Origin: Phoronis australis
Taxonomy: Eukaryota > Animalia > Phoronida
Reading direction: 5' to 3'
Assembly: GCA_002633005.1 (NCBI GenBank)
Contig: NMRA01000453.1
Coordinates: 62,001 to 126,000 of the forward strand
Length of the DNA stretch: 64,000 nt
Under the pieces are notes generated by a model. It saw only the letters and a list, made by a program, of their open reading frames with translations. It ran no database searches and was not told the origin of the DNA. Positions 1-13,809 of this stretch are shown here, in pieces (the first letter of the stretch is position 1; every line of letters begins with the position of its first letter). The translations under genes were made by a program, and so were the position numbers.

Positions 1-541
1 CGCCGGGATCAGTCGTTAGGTTTCACAGGCTATCACTGAGTTCGAATCGGAATACACTGATCAAGAAATTCTAGAGACGCGCCGTGAACATGCACACTAG
101 GCAACGGAACGTATGGTTAGTTCTTTGGTAAGCCGGAATTCGTCAGAGAAATCACTATCGACGAAATGCCGGCCACAGACACGGAGAAGTTTCACGGCCT
201 CATACTTGCTATTAACAGCGTACCTTTCATTCTTCACTACCGCGAGCCACTTCCTAAGCTTTCGGGCTCTCGAGGAAGTCGAAAAAAACGATATACCCGC
301 TGTCTTCGCAGCTTCATAGTTCGGACAAGCGGGAACGATGCACGGCAATATATGTATAGCGGCATTCACTCTCAGTCTGAAGACGAACTACTAACGGCGC
401 CGCGTCGTTTCACACCTTCCTCACAGGTCAACGCGACACCTCTCGGCAAGACGAGGTCGACCGTATATAAGCGGCGATATGGATATAGACCGATTAAGAC
501 GGTAATAAAAAGACTAGAATTAAATCGGGTGGCATTCTCCT
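1..541. mobile_element. Kolobok-like non-autonomous DNA transposon, copy 1 (right part; left end outside window)
   Basis: Ends in GGGTGGCATTCTCCT followed by TTAA (542-545); homologous to copies 2 and 3; carries a THAP relic. Confidence 0.85.
97..345 (-). pseudogene. THAP zinc-finger relic (transposase N-terminus)
   Basis: CIVPAC...RKWLAVVK...RVCGRHFVDSDF fits the C2CH THAP signature; copy 2 has FRFPREPIMLRKWL. Confidence 0.8.
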
Positions 542-1510
542 TTAAGCAATAAACCCGTGACTATTGTTGATGCGTTTACATCGGCTCGTTGGTCTTCAAC
601 CACTAAAGATCTAATGTAGGCAACACCCAGTTCTGCAACAATAGTGCCAAGTCATTACAGATGAATTCACCTAATCCTCCGTCTGTGTCGGGGGGCGGGG
701 TGGTTTCACCTGATTCAGTTCCGGGTTAAATGCCTATGAGAATTAATGACACTGTCATTGATGTCATTGATGCCATTGTTTATTGCGTGGCTGATACCAC
801 CATAATCTCGCACCGTTTGTAGAACTCGCAAGACAACATTTATTTTTCACATAATTTATACGTACATACGGCTGGGGAACATATGGCTTATATGCTGGAT
901 TTTCGTACTCACCCAGTAACTGTCGCGTTCCAACATCAAGTCTGTGATACTCATTAGTCGTGAAGAGTGTCGCGTAACGTGATTTAATCTGCCGCACTCT
1001 CTTTTACGGACATTATAGTTTTAAGTTTCTCAATAGATGTCGTCAAGGATGACCGTTATGGCTGTCGTCTGCTCTGCACTATTCCATCGGATTTGTTTAG
1101 GCATTTGCAACTTTTTGGCCGTCTTACAGAGGATAGTTTGAAGTAGTTTGTTGCTTAGTTATAGTACTTTCCGTTCTTGTAAGATTTTTAGATGTAGCGC
1201 TCTCGTAGTTTCTGTATTGTATGCTTAATTGCCGGTCACTATCTGCCGTTGTCACCTATGTTGCTGTGGGCGTTGTTGTGCTAGTATTTCATTACTTGTT
1301 TCAGAATGTATTGTCCTGCCTGAAGTTCATTCTAGATACGAGATTCTCCATCAGTTATATGTAGTATTGTCTGCACGTTTTCCTTTTTTAATGACGTTCT
1401 ACTTGGTGGAGCTCAAATTATCTTTCCTGATTCTAATTGGCCATTGGCATTTCTGCTGTGTGTAGGTGTCCGTTAGCTTTCTATTTCGTGTGCTTTGTTG
1501 CATGGATTAT

Positions 1511-1663
1511 CATGGGCGGCGTAGCACTGAAAAAAGTAGGGGGCTAAAGCCCACTCAGCCCCCCTGACGTGGTGCACCGCCTTTAGACCACGTGCAGCAT
1601 AGCACTGAAAAAAGTAGGGGGGGGAGGAGGGGGGCTATAGCCCCCTATGGTGCGCCTCCCATG
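1511..1663. mobile_element. hAT-like MITE with 5-bp TSD
   Basis: TIR CATGGG(C/A)GGCG; ATTAT on both sides (1506-1510, 1664-1668). Confidence 0.7.
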
Positions 1664-3213
1664 ATTATTGATGTTATTTATCGTCTTCTTTCAGTTTTCA
1701 CCAGCTAAATACCTTAAAATTGTCACACGCCTCCGGAATTTAATTTCGGTGACATCCCTGCCTGTAGGGAACAGGACAAACGTCAACAAGCGTCTGTTGG
1801 AAGTATTCATGGCGTCCACCGCACAAAGTATATCGACACCAAATACTAAGACCAAATGTCGAGTAAAGGTTTTCTTTCTGACACAATCGTCTCCTCGCAG
1901 TGTTCGACTTTCCCTCGTTGGTAGAGAAAAATCTGCGTTTTGCCTCAAGTTCTGCTAATCAGCACAGTTTTCACCGTTATAATCAAGTGCTATAAACAAC
2001 GCGGAAATAGACCTAGAAAACTAAGATATTCTTCGAAGCTGAAACGACACATTTTTGCAAAACTTATCAGTTGTTTAAATGTTTATATTACTGGATGCAT
2101 TGCTTCTAAGTTTCTGACGAACTTTTTCTGAATGGTACATTATTGTAACCTGTGCATTTCACAAACTGAAAATTCTTATGAATTTATTATGAAATTACAC
2201 GGTTTTGAGATTGACATAAGAAATCAATGGTATAAGTACTTCAATAAACAAATAAATAAATAAACCTAACACTTTAATAAAAATCAATAAATGGGTTCTA
2301 CTTATCTACACTCCACACTTAACTACGTGATAAGCAAATTGATGTAACTATGTTTGCGTATGCGTATGTGTGTGACTATGTGAGCAAAAATTTGTAGTGT
2401 TTCTAAATAACAGTGAAATACGTATGTGGTTATTTATTCACGGTGAACAAAGTTACAGGAGAATCAACTTGAGTCATTCCACAGCAAATAAGTATCTAAA
2501 ATTTTGTTCCTGTGATGTCTTGAAAGTCTAGCATGTGAGTGGATGTTTATCTTATCCAGAACTGAAATGGATATTTTATTTGCATTGATAATTGGCGGAA
2601 CGTAAAAATGTAAACAGTGATTTGCTGTGATCGATTTGTAAAATGAAGTAAAAGATTGTAATTGCGATAAGTAGCAGTAGAATTTCTGGCAAACGATAAT
2701 TTCTATTTGGCATGATTTGAAAATAACGTGGAAGTTCTTTTTTGTAAAAAAATTGTAATATACTGTTAAGCGGTATATATTAAGTGTGTCTTCAAGCAAG
2801 GAGTGTACGAGTATAGGAGAGTTCACTCCGCCATTTTACCATTCGCCGCAATGGTTACCGGTCGAAACACTAGCGCTCCAAGCGGTGAATAATCAATACT
2901 TACTTAGGAGCGCAGTCCGAACAATGTAAACACTGATGAATTCATACTTTAATGACGTTCAACGTGCAATAAAATTACTGTGTGATTGAAAATGGTTAGA
3001 ATACGTAAACTAACATCCACTTATAATCGAATGAGAATGAAAATGTGTATTTTAATCAATATTAAAGTGTATTTGTTTTTATTCTTTTGAAGCTCCCTTC
3101 AAAATCTATCACGGTTTTGTTTCATGTTTGAGTTCTTAACAAGGCAAATTATCTTTCCTTATAACAGTTCATACCTCCATGGACAATAAAATTTGAATGA
3201 TTGCTCCTGGGGG

Positions 3214-3400
3214 NNNNNNNNNNNNNNNNNNNNNNNNNNNNNNNNNNNNNNNNNNNNNNNNNNNNNNNNNNNNNNNNNNNNNNNNNNNNNNNNNNNNNNN
3301 NNNNNNNNNNNNNNNNNNNNNNNNNNNNNNNNNNNNNNNNNNNNNNNNNNNNNNNNNNNNNNNNNNNNNNNNNNNNNNNNNNNNNNNNNNNNNNNNNNNN
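3214..3400. other. Assembly gap (187 N)
   Basis: Run of N. Confidence 1.
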
Positions 3401-3407
3401 TGGTTAA

Positions 3408-3482
3408 GTTGACATCAATGACGTCACTGGTAATCTTTGGGTGTTGGATGACGACAGCCATCCGTGTTTCAAAGAGAAAAAT
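3408..3482 (+). pseudogene. Degenerate tectonin-repeat fragment, paralogous to 4730-4806
   Basis: VDINDVTGNLWVLDDDSHPCFKEK aligns to IDIDDVSGTIWALDVDGRPWFRGK; the downstream non-coding sequence is also similar. Confidence 0.55.
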
Positions 3483-4079
3483 AAAAATTGGCAAACGGCT
3501 TAAATTGTCGAATACTCTGTTGGATATTCCTCGCACAGGGCTCAACACCTGATATAACGTCAACTCTTCAAATGCAAAATTTCATGGTTACCGAACGGGA
3601 ACTAAGGTCCTCAAACCTGTTTGCTAAGAGTTGCCATATTGTAAAATTGTCGTGAGGACTTGTCTGGTAACTCAGGGGTCTCACGCTCCAATGGCTTATC
3701 TGCACTAATTTGGAAAGACTTTGTCCAGCCACGCGTTGTGGGCCATAAACGAGATGATGCCTACAGCTGACGCAGCAAACAGAACTATTTTCATTCTTCA
3801 CATTGGTGCATACTCACAAGAGAAATTAAGAATTACAGTCTTATTAACTACACGACTGTCAATTTGTTTCGGGACACTTAATCTCAAAGCTGTGTGCGCA
3901 ACGATGATGCACGATTTTTAGAGCGTGTTCACAATGATCAACATTAAAAATGGAGAAAAACAAGTGCCTAGTTGACCACCTCATCGGTAAGTTTGCCTTG
4001 CCGAAGTTGTGTAACGGAAACATCTGGAAATCTGATAATAAGTGCGCAAGTGAACAAATATTTTTCGACGTTTCGGTTT

Positions 4080-5411
4080 ACAACTTTGATTAAACGAAAC
4101 GTCGCAAATATGTTAGTTTTCTCTTGCACACTCATGACCAGATTCCTAAAACTATTATGACCCAAAACCCAGATTGGAAACATCTAGACTAATATCTAGG
4201 TGGCATCTTATTTTGCCAGCGACTAGATAACTCACGTCAATAGCACGGTATAACAGGAACAACGCGGAGTGTTGAAATGTGCGCACGAATGCACCGCAAG
4301 GGTATGTGCTTCCATGGTGTTTGTATGTATAAAATTGCAGTTAGATGGACCAGAATACATTGAACCCATCCAATAATGGGAAGGTGTCTTAACCTGTCAA
4401 AATTATTTGCGATATGTCATGAAAATCTTTCAAAGAGCTCCAAAGATACAAAGGCAAACGTAAAAAAGCAAACTGCCATTTGGAATCAAGCAGTAGTCGA
4501 ATCCATCCATCTGCTTTCAAATTAATAGGAGTACCATTGCAAAAGACACCAGGGACGATTGGAAGCGGCTGGGAGACGGTATATTGCGCATGCACTGTCT
4601 GTCGAATAAGCGTTGGTGATAACATGGTTTTTATCATTACTACAGACAACCTGGTGTATGTCCGTTATAGAATGTGTGCGCGAAACCCCGCTGGACGAAA
4701 ATGGTCGAGTTTTGAAGGAAATTTTAAACTGATTGATATCGACGACGTAAGTGGTACTATCTGGGCACTGGATGTCGACGGCCGTCCGTGGTTCAGAGGG
4801 AAGTAATAAATGACAAACAGCCTAAATTGTCTATATAAATTAGACTGAGACTTGTTTTAGTTCTACAAGTTTTACTTTGCTGTTCTGTTTTTCACTAGCA
4901 GATAACAATTGATTGACAATAGCCTATGACGTCAAACTAGTCATGACAACTTTGATTAAACGAAACGTCGCAAAGAAGTTCGTTTTCTCTTGCACACTCA
5001 TGACTAGATTCCTATAACTGTTATGACCCAAAACCCAGATTGGAAACATCTAGACTAAAATCTAGGTGGTATCTTATTTTGCCAGCGACTAGGCAACTAA
5101 TGTCAATAGCACGGTATCACAAGAACAACGCCGAGCGTTGAAATGTGCGCACGAATGCACCGCAAACAGTGTGCTTCCAGGGATGTTTATATGTATAAAA
5201 ATAGCACTTCGATGGATCAGATTACATTGAACGCATCCAAAAATGGGGAGGTGTCGTCACCTGTCAATAATTTTTGCCATATTTTATGAAAATCTGTCAA
5301 AGAGCTCCGATGATACAAAGACAAATGTAAAAAAGCAAAACTGCCATTAGGAGCCACAGTAGTAGTCGACTCCATCCATCTGCTTTCAAATCAATAGGAA
5401 TACGACTGCAA
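4080..5411 (+). repeat. Direct duplication of about 460 bp (4080-4541 and 4946-5411) including a HINE terminus
   Basis: Both blocks start ACAACTTTGATTAAACGAAACGTCGCAAA and align with scattered substitutions. Confidence 0.85.
4545..4806 (+). pseudogene. Tectonin/TECPR beta-propeller repeat fragment (3' part of a lectin-like gene)
   Basis: GSGWETV...ISVGDNMVFIITTDNLVYVR...NPAGRKWSSFEGNFKLIDIDDVSGTIWALDVDGRPWFRGK* follows the tectonin blade pattern; the 5' side is fused to repeat sequence. Confidence 0.65.
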
Positions 5412-6190
5412 GGGGTTGAGAAGACACAGTCAATTTTCATGATGACCTTCTACGTGGTTTGACAGATGCATAAGCAGAAGACAAAATCAAAAACAAAAAC
5501 GAAAATGAAAACAAAATCAAAAACAAAAAACCGACTTAAAGTAATTAAAATGGCCACTTGTTGGTGCAGAATACGTCGCATCCTTCGACAAAAACGAAAG
5601 ACGCTGTTGTTTTCATGTTACAACATTGTTTCCCCAATTTCATGGAAAAGCATCAAGAAAGAACTCTGAATTTAGCCTACAGAGACAAAAGTAAAAAGTA
5701 AAATTGCCAGTAGGGTGCACAGCTAGAGTTGGATTGGTCTGAAACTGGCATAGGAGCACATCTGCTTAAGTTCGCAAAAATGAAATTGCCACGGATGGGG
5801 GGGGGGGGGGGGGGGNGGTGGCAGAGTACTTGAACACGTCCGACGTCCGAAAATCAACGTCAGTTTCCATTTCCTCATCAGAGTCATATCTCCAATTTTT
5901 TGAAATGATCCTTCAAGCGATTTGATGGATAGAGAGGGTGATGTCAAAAACGTACTCAAATTTTCAACATGGCTACAGAGTGGCACAGAATACATCAAGT
6001 CCGCCCGAAAATGAGATGGCGTCGTCGTCGTTTCCTTAATAGAAGCCTATTTATTAAACTCCACAAAAATCTGCCCTTGAGTTTCAAAGATACAGAGGAC
6101 AACGAAAAAAATGCCACTAGGGGGCACAGCGGTAGTTTGTTCCATCCAAATGACGTCGTTGTCCGTTGTCAACTTCACATAAATACACTC
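5119..6190 (-). mobile_element. HINE family A, partial copy
   Basis: ACAAGAACAACGCCGAGCGTTGAAATG terminus plus GCCACTAG-type core monomers as in the other copies. Confidence 0.7.
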
Positions 6191-8116
6191 TGGAACTTTT
6201 GTTTTTTGTTGGGCCATTTTTGTTCTTCCCCGACGCACCCCTTAACTGCCACGGGCCCCGGAGTTGTGAGCCCTCCTGTCCACTTCCTGCCAACGTCCCC
6301 GACCATGCATTGAATTCAGTTTGCAACGTGTTTTTATCCAAACTACTTCGAGTACCGGTATTCGTTGTGAAAACCACGATTAAAAAGCGGGACATTTCAT
6401 GGGTTTTTGCGGCACCCGCAATTTCTCATTGAACTATTCATAACAACAACCAAAAACACTCTGGCATTCTTGGATGTTACATCTCTCGTTTGGCAAAAGA
6501 TGCTGTTGGTAAGTCATGCTGTGTTACAGCGAACAATTCACTCATACGGCCCAGCTTAGACCCGCTTTTCATCCTGAAGTGCCGCCTTTTAGTCCACTTG
6601 TTCCGTTTTTCGTTCTTGAATGTTGACCATAACAACTGTGCAACAGGTGTTCAAAAAATTGTCTCTCTTGATCAAAACTGTTATTTTCCAGAGTCCACTT
6701 TCTTTAGTAACAAAACAATCGTAAAAATTAACGTGTTCCAATATCTCTTGTTTATGGTAACATACACTACCTGTATCATTTTTTTATCTATCAGAAAACC
6801 TTTATCTGCAAATTACGGAGAGATACGTGGATTAGTTTATTGCATTTTGAATTTTTACTCTGAAGAGTGCAATTGTACCAAACAGCATCAAAGGTTCAAT
6901 TAATTTTAATATGTACATATGTATAATACTGGATGAATGCCCGAGTGACTTATTTGAACACAACCAGTGTGAAGGATCTATACTGTAAAACCTTTGTTTA
7001 AGGGTAGAAATCTTTTGAATCATTGAAATTACTTCTTTAATGGCTTAAATAGTCATGTACATAACCCCTCTTGTTCATTTCCTTTTTATATTTTTATTAC
7101 ACGCTATTATTTTTAGCACTTTGGTAACACTCTTTGTTTTTAGAATTAAAACTAATTTTAAAGCAGTCAGGTATGTGAAATGACAATTACTTATGAATGA
7201 AACTATTTATCTTTAGCTTAACAATTAATTTCATAGTAAGTACACACAACGGAACAAACGAAAGCAAAGAGCTCTCACGCATGCGTGCCGCAACCTCAGC
7301 GGCCACGAGATCTGAGTTAGCATTCCAAGGCTAGAGTTCTATGAGATAAGCTACTGAGAGCTTTGAAACTGGCAATTATAAACTCTTCTACACAAACCAT
7401 ACCGTTCATACAATAAATATATACCTAATATATACACTCAAATACTGTTACCTGTAATCACCATCGAGATCACCCATAAGACATAATGAACACTTCAATA
7501 AAAACAGTAGATTTCACAGGGTGAACCCAATATTTACAGTGGGACTAACTACAACATATATCAAGGGACCTTCCGAATTTGTATGTCATACCTGTACAAG
7601 TTTCTACAACACAACAAAACATCGAAAGTGTTATAACTGTTGAGATCAATGCCTTCACGTTGAGAAAGTTATCAATATAAAAATATATGTGACAGGAGCT
7701 TCAGTAAACTACGTACACCACATTGCTATGCCTTGTGAGGTCAACCACTGAAAATGGCAATCAATAGTAGTAGTAGTTGTAATACACTTTATTCACTTTA
7801 AGTCAAAAACCAAAAAATACAGTTGATACAAATTTACGCTTATGGAGACTCCGTGGCACACTTCACAAGATGAGAATTATATGTACACAAGAACTTGCTG
7901 TTCAAGGTAAACAATATGCAAATGACACAGACATTGCAGAAACTGACAAAAAGTCTGCAATTCAGCATCAAAGAACACACTTTCAAAACCACAGAGGCAG
8001 TCACCCTGCCCGAATAAAAAACTGAAAAAGTCAACAAGTAATGCTTTTCACAGGATGTAAACAACAAGTACACAATACTGACAAGATTAGTTATCCAAGG
8101 CTTGAAGAATATTCAA

Positions 8117-9341
8117 AACTAGAAAGATTATTGTCACGGCGTGACAATAACGGACGCTGCGTGTGCGTATTACTGGAATTATTATGGGAAGTTACTGACA
8201 GCAACCCGTTTACCAATATAAAAGGAATTCTTTAAAATTGTAGGAGAAATTACATATTAATTTTTTGATGACCTTTCCACTAATTGACCTCTTCTGGTGC
8301 ATTATGAGCCCCGATGGGGGAGTAATTGTTAACTCGATTAAAAGTGTAGTTAATGCTAATAATCACAGATGTTTTACTTTAAGCACTTCAGAATACAAGA
8401 TGAATGAAGTGATCAAACTTTCAGAAGAAAAATGCACCTAATGACCTGAAAATTTAGAATTCAAACGTAATCGCACTTAGTAAACAGATACGTAATTCTG
8501 AAGTCTCTAGCTCAAAATTTTAGTTTGCACTCAATGACCTTTGACCTGTTTTTTGATTGGTTAGGCCTATTGCAAAGTAAAGTAGGGTATTCAATTGGCA
8601 TGTTGACTTACACCAGTGTGCTGAAATTGAAAAGAATTCCTTGAAAAACGTAAGACATATAACATTTTGAACGTTACATGACATTTGCACTAATTGACCT
8701 TATCCGGTGCATTTTAAGCATCTTTAGGAGAATTATTGCAAAGCCCATGGAAAATGTGTTTAATGCTGAGAATCACAGTTGTCTAACGGTTGACACATCA
8801 GAATACTTGCTGATTGAAAAGGTCAAATTTTCAGAAGAAAAATGCACCTAATGACCCCATGTTTGCACTAAATGACCTGAAACTTTGGATTCCGATTTGA
8901 TTTACCTGTGTCAATCAGACCTGTCAATTTGAAGTGTCTAGCTCAAAATTTTAGTTTGTACCTAATGACCTTTGACCTATTTCACCTGATTGGATGACCC
9001 GATTACTTAGAAAAGTAATTTTTTAAATTGTCATATTGACTTATATCTGTGCACCGAATTTGAAAAAGATTGCTTTAAAACTGAAGAAGGAGTAGCATTT
9101 TGAAAATTATATGACCTTTGCACCAAACGACCTCTTCCGGTGCAATATGGAATATGATTATATAACAATCAAAATTTATATACTGTCAAAAATCATATGC
9201 TGAATTTAAAGACCGTACCTGCACCCAATTTGGAGTTATTAAGCCTCAAATTTGGTCGGAAGAAGAATAAGAAGAATAAGAATAAAATTGAAGAAAACCC
9301 AGGAACAACAGTACTCTGCGCTTACACGCGCAGAGAAATAA
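8117..9341 (-). mobile_element. Helentron-associated (HINE-like) element, family B, copy 1
   Basis: AACTAG terminus with hairpin TTATTGTCAC-GGC-GTGACAATAA; internal tandem duplication; (AAGAAT)n microsatellite; terminal palindrome CTCTGCG..CGCAGAG. Confidence 0.75.
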
Positions 9342-9475
9342 ATACGCTGATTAAGCAATAAACTAGTAACAGCTCTAACAGACACAAGACGCAATAAATA
9401 CACCCCTAGTTGTTTAAGAGCAAAATTTGCATTTCAATATCAACAACGTGGATCCAACACAGGCAGTTCAGAAAG

Positions 9476-9700
9476 TTACACATTTCTAAAACCACACAGG
9501 CAACACTGATGTTGTACACGAACGAAGTACAGCCTGCGCAGTGCAGAAACTTACAAAGTCTGCTTTTCAGTGGCCAAGTACACATTTTCAAGACAACACA
9601 GGCAATACTGATGCGGTACACAAACAAAGTACAATCGGTGCAGTGCAGAAACTTACAAAAAGTCTGCATTGCGAAAGCAAAGGCAATACTGATGTGGTAG
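9476..9700 (+). repeat. Tandem repeat of about 100 bp, 2+ units
   Basis: ACACAGGCAA(C/T)ACTGATG...GCAGTGCAGAAACTTACAAA repeated. Confidence 0.7.
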
Positions 9701-12106
9701 ATGAGCGAGATACACAGCTGATGAAAAAGTAAAATATTCTACCTAGTTGTGAATGTCCTAGCTACACGAATTCGAATGGAGCATCCAGGTAATTCCCAAA
9801 CCCGGCTCGTGTGCTATGTATTCAAATACATGCAGGTAGGGCATTCTCAAATTAGGGAGGAGGGACATTCTCATCTATCACAACGGTCAACAATGCTGCA
9901 TGCAGAATACAACTCTGGTATCTCTGAAGATTTGTTATACACAGAACATTCGAAATGATGAGTGGAGCACAACTTAATAAATACTCTGGTAGGGCCATTA
10001 AATCCAGTAATTCTGTTAAGCAGAAAAAAATCAGCTTTTCAAACAAAATTCCAAACATAGTGATAGATTTTCAAACACGGTGAAAACTTTTCAAACATGA
10101 TGCAGCCCCCAAAATACCAGAATCGATACCAGGCCATTATGTAGGATGTACTGCACAGGCCACTAGTTTAGGGGGATGAATCGTGTATACACCCTGCCCC
10201 ACTCCTCCATTACAATTTCTGTAACAATTAAAAATGGAAAAGTTTGCAATTCTCCCCCCTCCCTTACACTTAACATGTTTTTAATAACAAAGGAAAAAGT
10301 TTGCCATGTGAAATAAGTACAATATGGAAAATTGTTAATCGTTAATGACCCCCAAGATGGAGCCATAATTGAGGAGGCTCAAGCATGGGGAATTTACCAC
10401 AATCCTGCATTTTAACAGCCCAAATCAACAATAAGTTAGCTTTCGCTGAATAGCAGGGCAGGTGGTAAACACTTCCGATTAATATGGCCAGCTAACATAA
10501 CAGGATTACCGTATGAAGTTCAATCAATTACAGCAGTAATGACATACTCCAACATTTGGGTACTCCATCCGAAAAAATCTGAGTCCGCCACTGCCATAAA
10601 AAACCCAGAATTCCAATTTAATCTGTCAACATCTGACTTGTTGCAGTAAAATTTACATTACAAACAATGAACAAACATAGAAGGCACCATAGGCGCTCCG
10701 TTCACACGTTTATTTTTCACAAAGAAACTTACACCTTCTATCTGAGTTTAGATGTCGTACTAGTCCATAGCTTGTAATTTCAATTTCATAAAGGAAAAAT
10801 TCCACGTAAACAATGGTGCAACACCGATAGCGGTATACGAGCTACGTGATAACAACAAAAACGTTTTTCTGCATCGGGTCCCGAGCTCGAGACACTGTCG
10901 ATCTGAAAACTGTCGTTCTGCCTGCATCAACATCACGCAGTCGCCTCCGCCCAAAGGCCGACCTCGTCGACTGCCTGTACTTTTGGCCCAGCTTTCATTT
11001 TCAAGCGGCTAATATTTCATTCGAGAGCGAAAATAACTTATAGGGCCATTCTCACGTGCTGTACTCGAAAGACTAACTACTCACTACCTTGTGCGAGTTA
11101 GGTCCTTTTAGATTTCACACTAGTTTTATTAAATTTGCAGTTTTACTACTAAAGAATAACTGTGTTTATTTATATTTGCGATATTATATCATAAAAATAG
11201 TCTAAAATATGGCATTAATTATAAGTCAACTTTGACGTCTTCTTTTGTTTACAGTGAAACCACTTTACCGCGTAGTAATGTTTTGTGACGATTTGTCAAT
11301 CTGCCGGGCTGATCCGGACTGAATTTAAACGATCTCAGCCATAACTTTATCGCTATTACTGAAAAAAAAAACTTGCTTTTACGTGGAATTTAATTCTTAA
11401 ACTTTTACATTTCGTTGAAAAGGGCAAAAATGTAAAACGAGCTAGTGATATTTCTTCAGGTCTCTCTTATCAAACCAACGGCTTCACGGAAAAAATTAAT
11501 CGGCCGAATAGATCTTTGGTTTTCTGTTAAGCCCAAACCCTCTAAAGTTGCCCTATTGCCAACTCCGGACGGTCTCTCACGACGATTTAGCATTGAAATT
11601 AAATGCCTGTCCGCCGGCGTAAGTGAGTTCGCACACACGCTTTTTTTGGTCGAACGGAAAATGAGGAGTGGTTCGCTTAGTCAGCAACGACAAACTTCCC
11701 CCCATTTCCGTCTCGAGCTCTATATCCTGTGCACTGGCTGGTCTCCTGGGAGAGACGGTGGGGACCGATTTTTTACCGAGCGCTTCCAACTTCCACTTGC
11801 CTGATTCCTTTAGTTTAGACAAGGATACATTACTATAGATATGCTATTTATCTTTGATCGACCAGTTTCATAAATTGGTTTACAAAACAGTATTAGGTTT
11901 GCACGTCTGAAGTCAGTCATTAGACTGACGTCAGAACACACCAGGAACAATAATGTAAATATTATTGGGAGGTGGGCACAAACAAATCCGACTTCGCCAC
12001 CCTTCCTATCGCCCTCAGACCCCTTATTCTCCAGATGTCGCCAAATGAGCAATCTACCCCGCCAGAACAGAACACATGTATTTTTATCCTGAAATACAGT
12101 TACAAA

Positions 12107-13065
12107 TAACTTAATAACAGATCATTGTCACGGTGTGACACTAATAGACTGCGCGTGCGTTTATGGGAAGTTATTGACAACCACCCATTTACCACGCTTA
12201 AAAACACTTATTTAAAACTGCAAGAGAAATTACATATTGATAATTTGACGACCTTTGCACCAGTTGACCCTCTTTGGTGCGTCATGAGCCCTGATGAGGG
12301 AATAAGTGTAAACTCGATTAAAAGTGTGGGTAATGCTAAAAATCACAGATGTCTTACTTTAAGCACTTTAGAATACAAGTTGAATAAAAAATCAAAATTT
12401 CAGAAGAAAAATGCACCCAATGACCCCATGGTTGCACCAAATGACATGAAACTTTAGAATTGTAACTCAACAACAAGTACCAAGCAGATTTGTAAATTTG
12501 AAGTGTCTAAATCAAAATCTTAGTTTGCACTCAAAGACCTTTGACCTGTTGTTTCCGATTGGATAGCCGATTGCTTAGTAAAGTAGTGTGTTTGATTGGC
12601 ATGTACGCTTACACTTGTGTGCTGAAATTGAAGAGAATTCCTTGAAAAATGTAGGAGAAATAATATGTTGAACAGTAGATGATCTTTGCACTAACTGATC
12701 CTATCCAGTGAATTATAAGCCCTTTCAGTAGAATTATTGCAAATTCCGCGAAAGGTGTGTTTAATTCTGAGAATTACAAAATTTATGTAGTGCTATATAT
12801 TGCACATTAAATTTAAAGAACATGCCTTCAGTCATTTTGGAGTTATTAAGCGTCAAAGTTGGTCGGAAAAAGAATAAGAATACAATTGAAGAAAACGCAG
12901 TAACACCAGCCTCCAGTTCAGTAACGCTAGGACCTCGCTAAGAAGAAAGACTTCGCGAGATTACGTGAGATATTGCCGTGTTTTTTAAATGAGAACATGT
13001 GACTCTGGCTAGGCTTTAGCTAGGTCCTAGTGTAGGTCCTAGCGTTTACAGGCGCAGAGTAACAA
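12107..13065 (-). mobile_element. HINE family B, copy 2
   Basis: Clear homology to 8117-9341; the terminal palindrome is interrupted by a MITE. Confidence 0.75.
12910..13049. mobile_element. Harbinger-like MITE, truncated
   Basis: Close match to 36744-36894. Confidence 0.65.
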
Positions 13066-13439
13066 CATCAAGTAGAGCGTTGACGGGATTATCGTTGTAA
13101 CATGTTGACCTCTAGCTGGTGCAGAATATGTCAAAAAACATCATTTGTGTTGTTGTCAAGACTTTCCAACCTTGTTAGCACTTTGGAAGATGGACAGACT
13201 GACATGTAAATTGACAAGGAAATAATCAATATGTTGGTTAAGATAAAGATAATACCGGACGTGGCAGATTTCAAACAATTCATATCAAAACTGTCAATCC
13301 GACATTGAGAATCAATAACACTCAAGAAACAGGGTACAATGAAATACAATCTTGTCTGTCAAGAATTTATACATATCTTAATAAATAAGGCAGTCATTCG
13401 ACAGCATGCTAGAGTCACAGGTTTAACAATACCAGGAGG

Positions 13440-13600
13440 TAGAGTTTCCTCAATAAGATTGATAATTGTAAAGTGACACCACTCGTCGCATCTGTCACAT
13501 TGAATTCGCTTGTTCAGGTTCTTACATTCTAAATTCCACACTGCACAGAAGAAATGTAGCAGACTTGTTATTGGCCAATGCTTTGACGGTTTAGAATCAA
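13440..13600 (-). pseudogene. PHD-finger relic, probably LINE (CR1/L2-type) ORF1
   Basis: CAVWNLEC...RIQCDRCDEWCH matches the PHD pattern; degenerate. Confidence 0.45.
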
Positions 13601-13809
13601 GTTTGTGTTTCGCTACGATTGTCAAACCAGGTTTCTTGTAGTTATTTAATAGGAAAGCAAGACATATGGGACAAATAAGCATATTTTCTCTCAAATATAG
13701 AAGCTGTCTTAGTATGCTCTTTGAGATGAGTGCAAAATTCTTGGAGATTGTTGAAAATACCATTCGACCCTTCTTGAAGCCAATACATTCATGTTCGCTT
13801 CCTATGCTT

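Noticed and set aside
97-369. Intact host THAP-domain gene or P-element transposase
   Set aside because: It lies inside a TTAA/AG-ended repeat present three times, and the FP motif is frameshifted in this copy.
3159-3563. ORFs spanning the N run
   Set aside because: Artefacts of translating an assembly gap.
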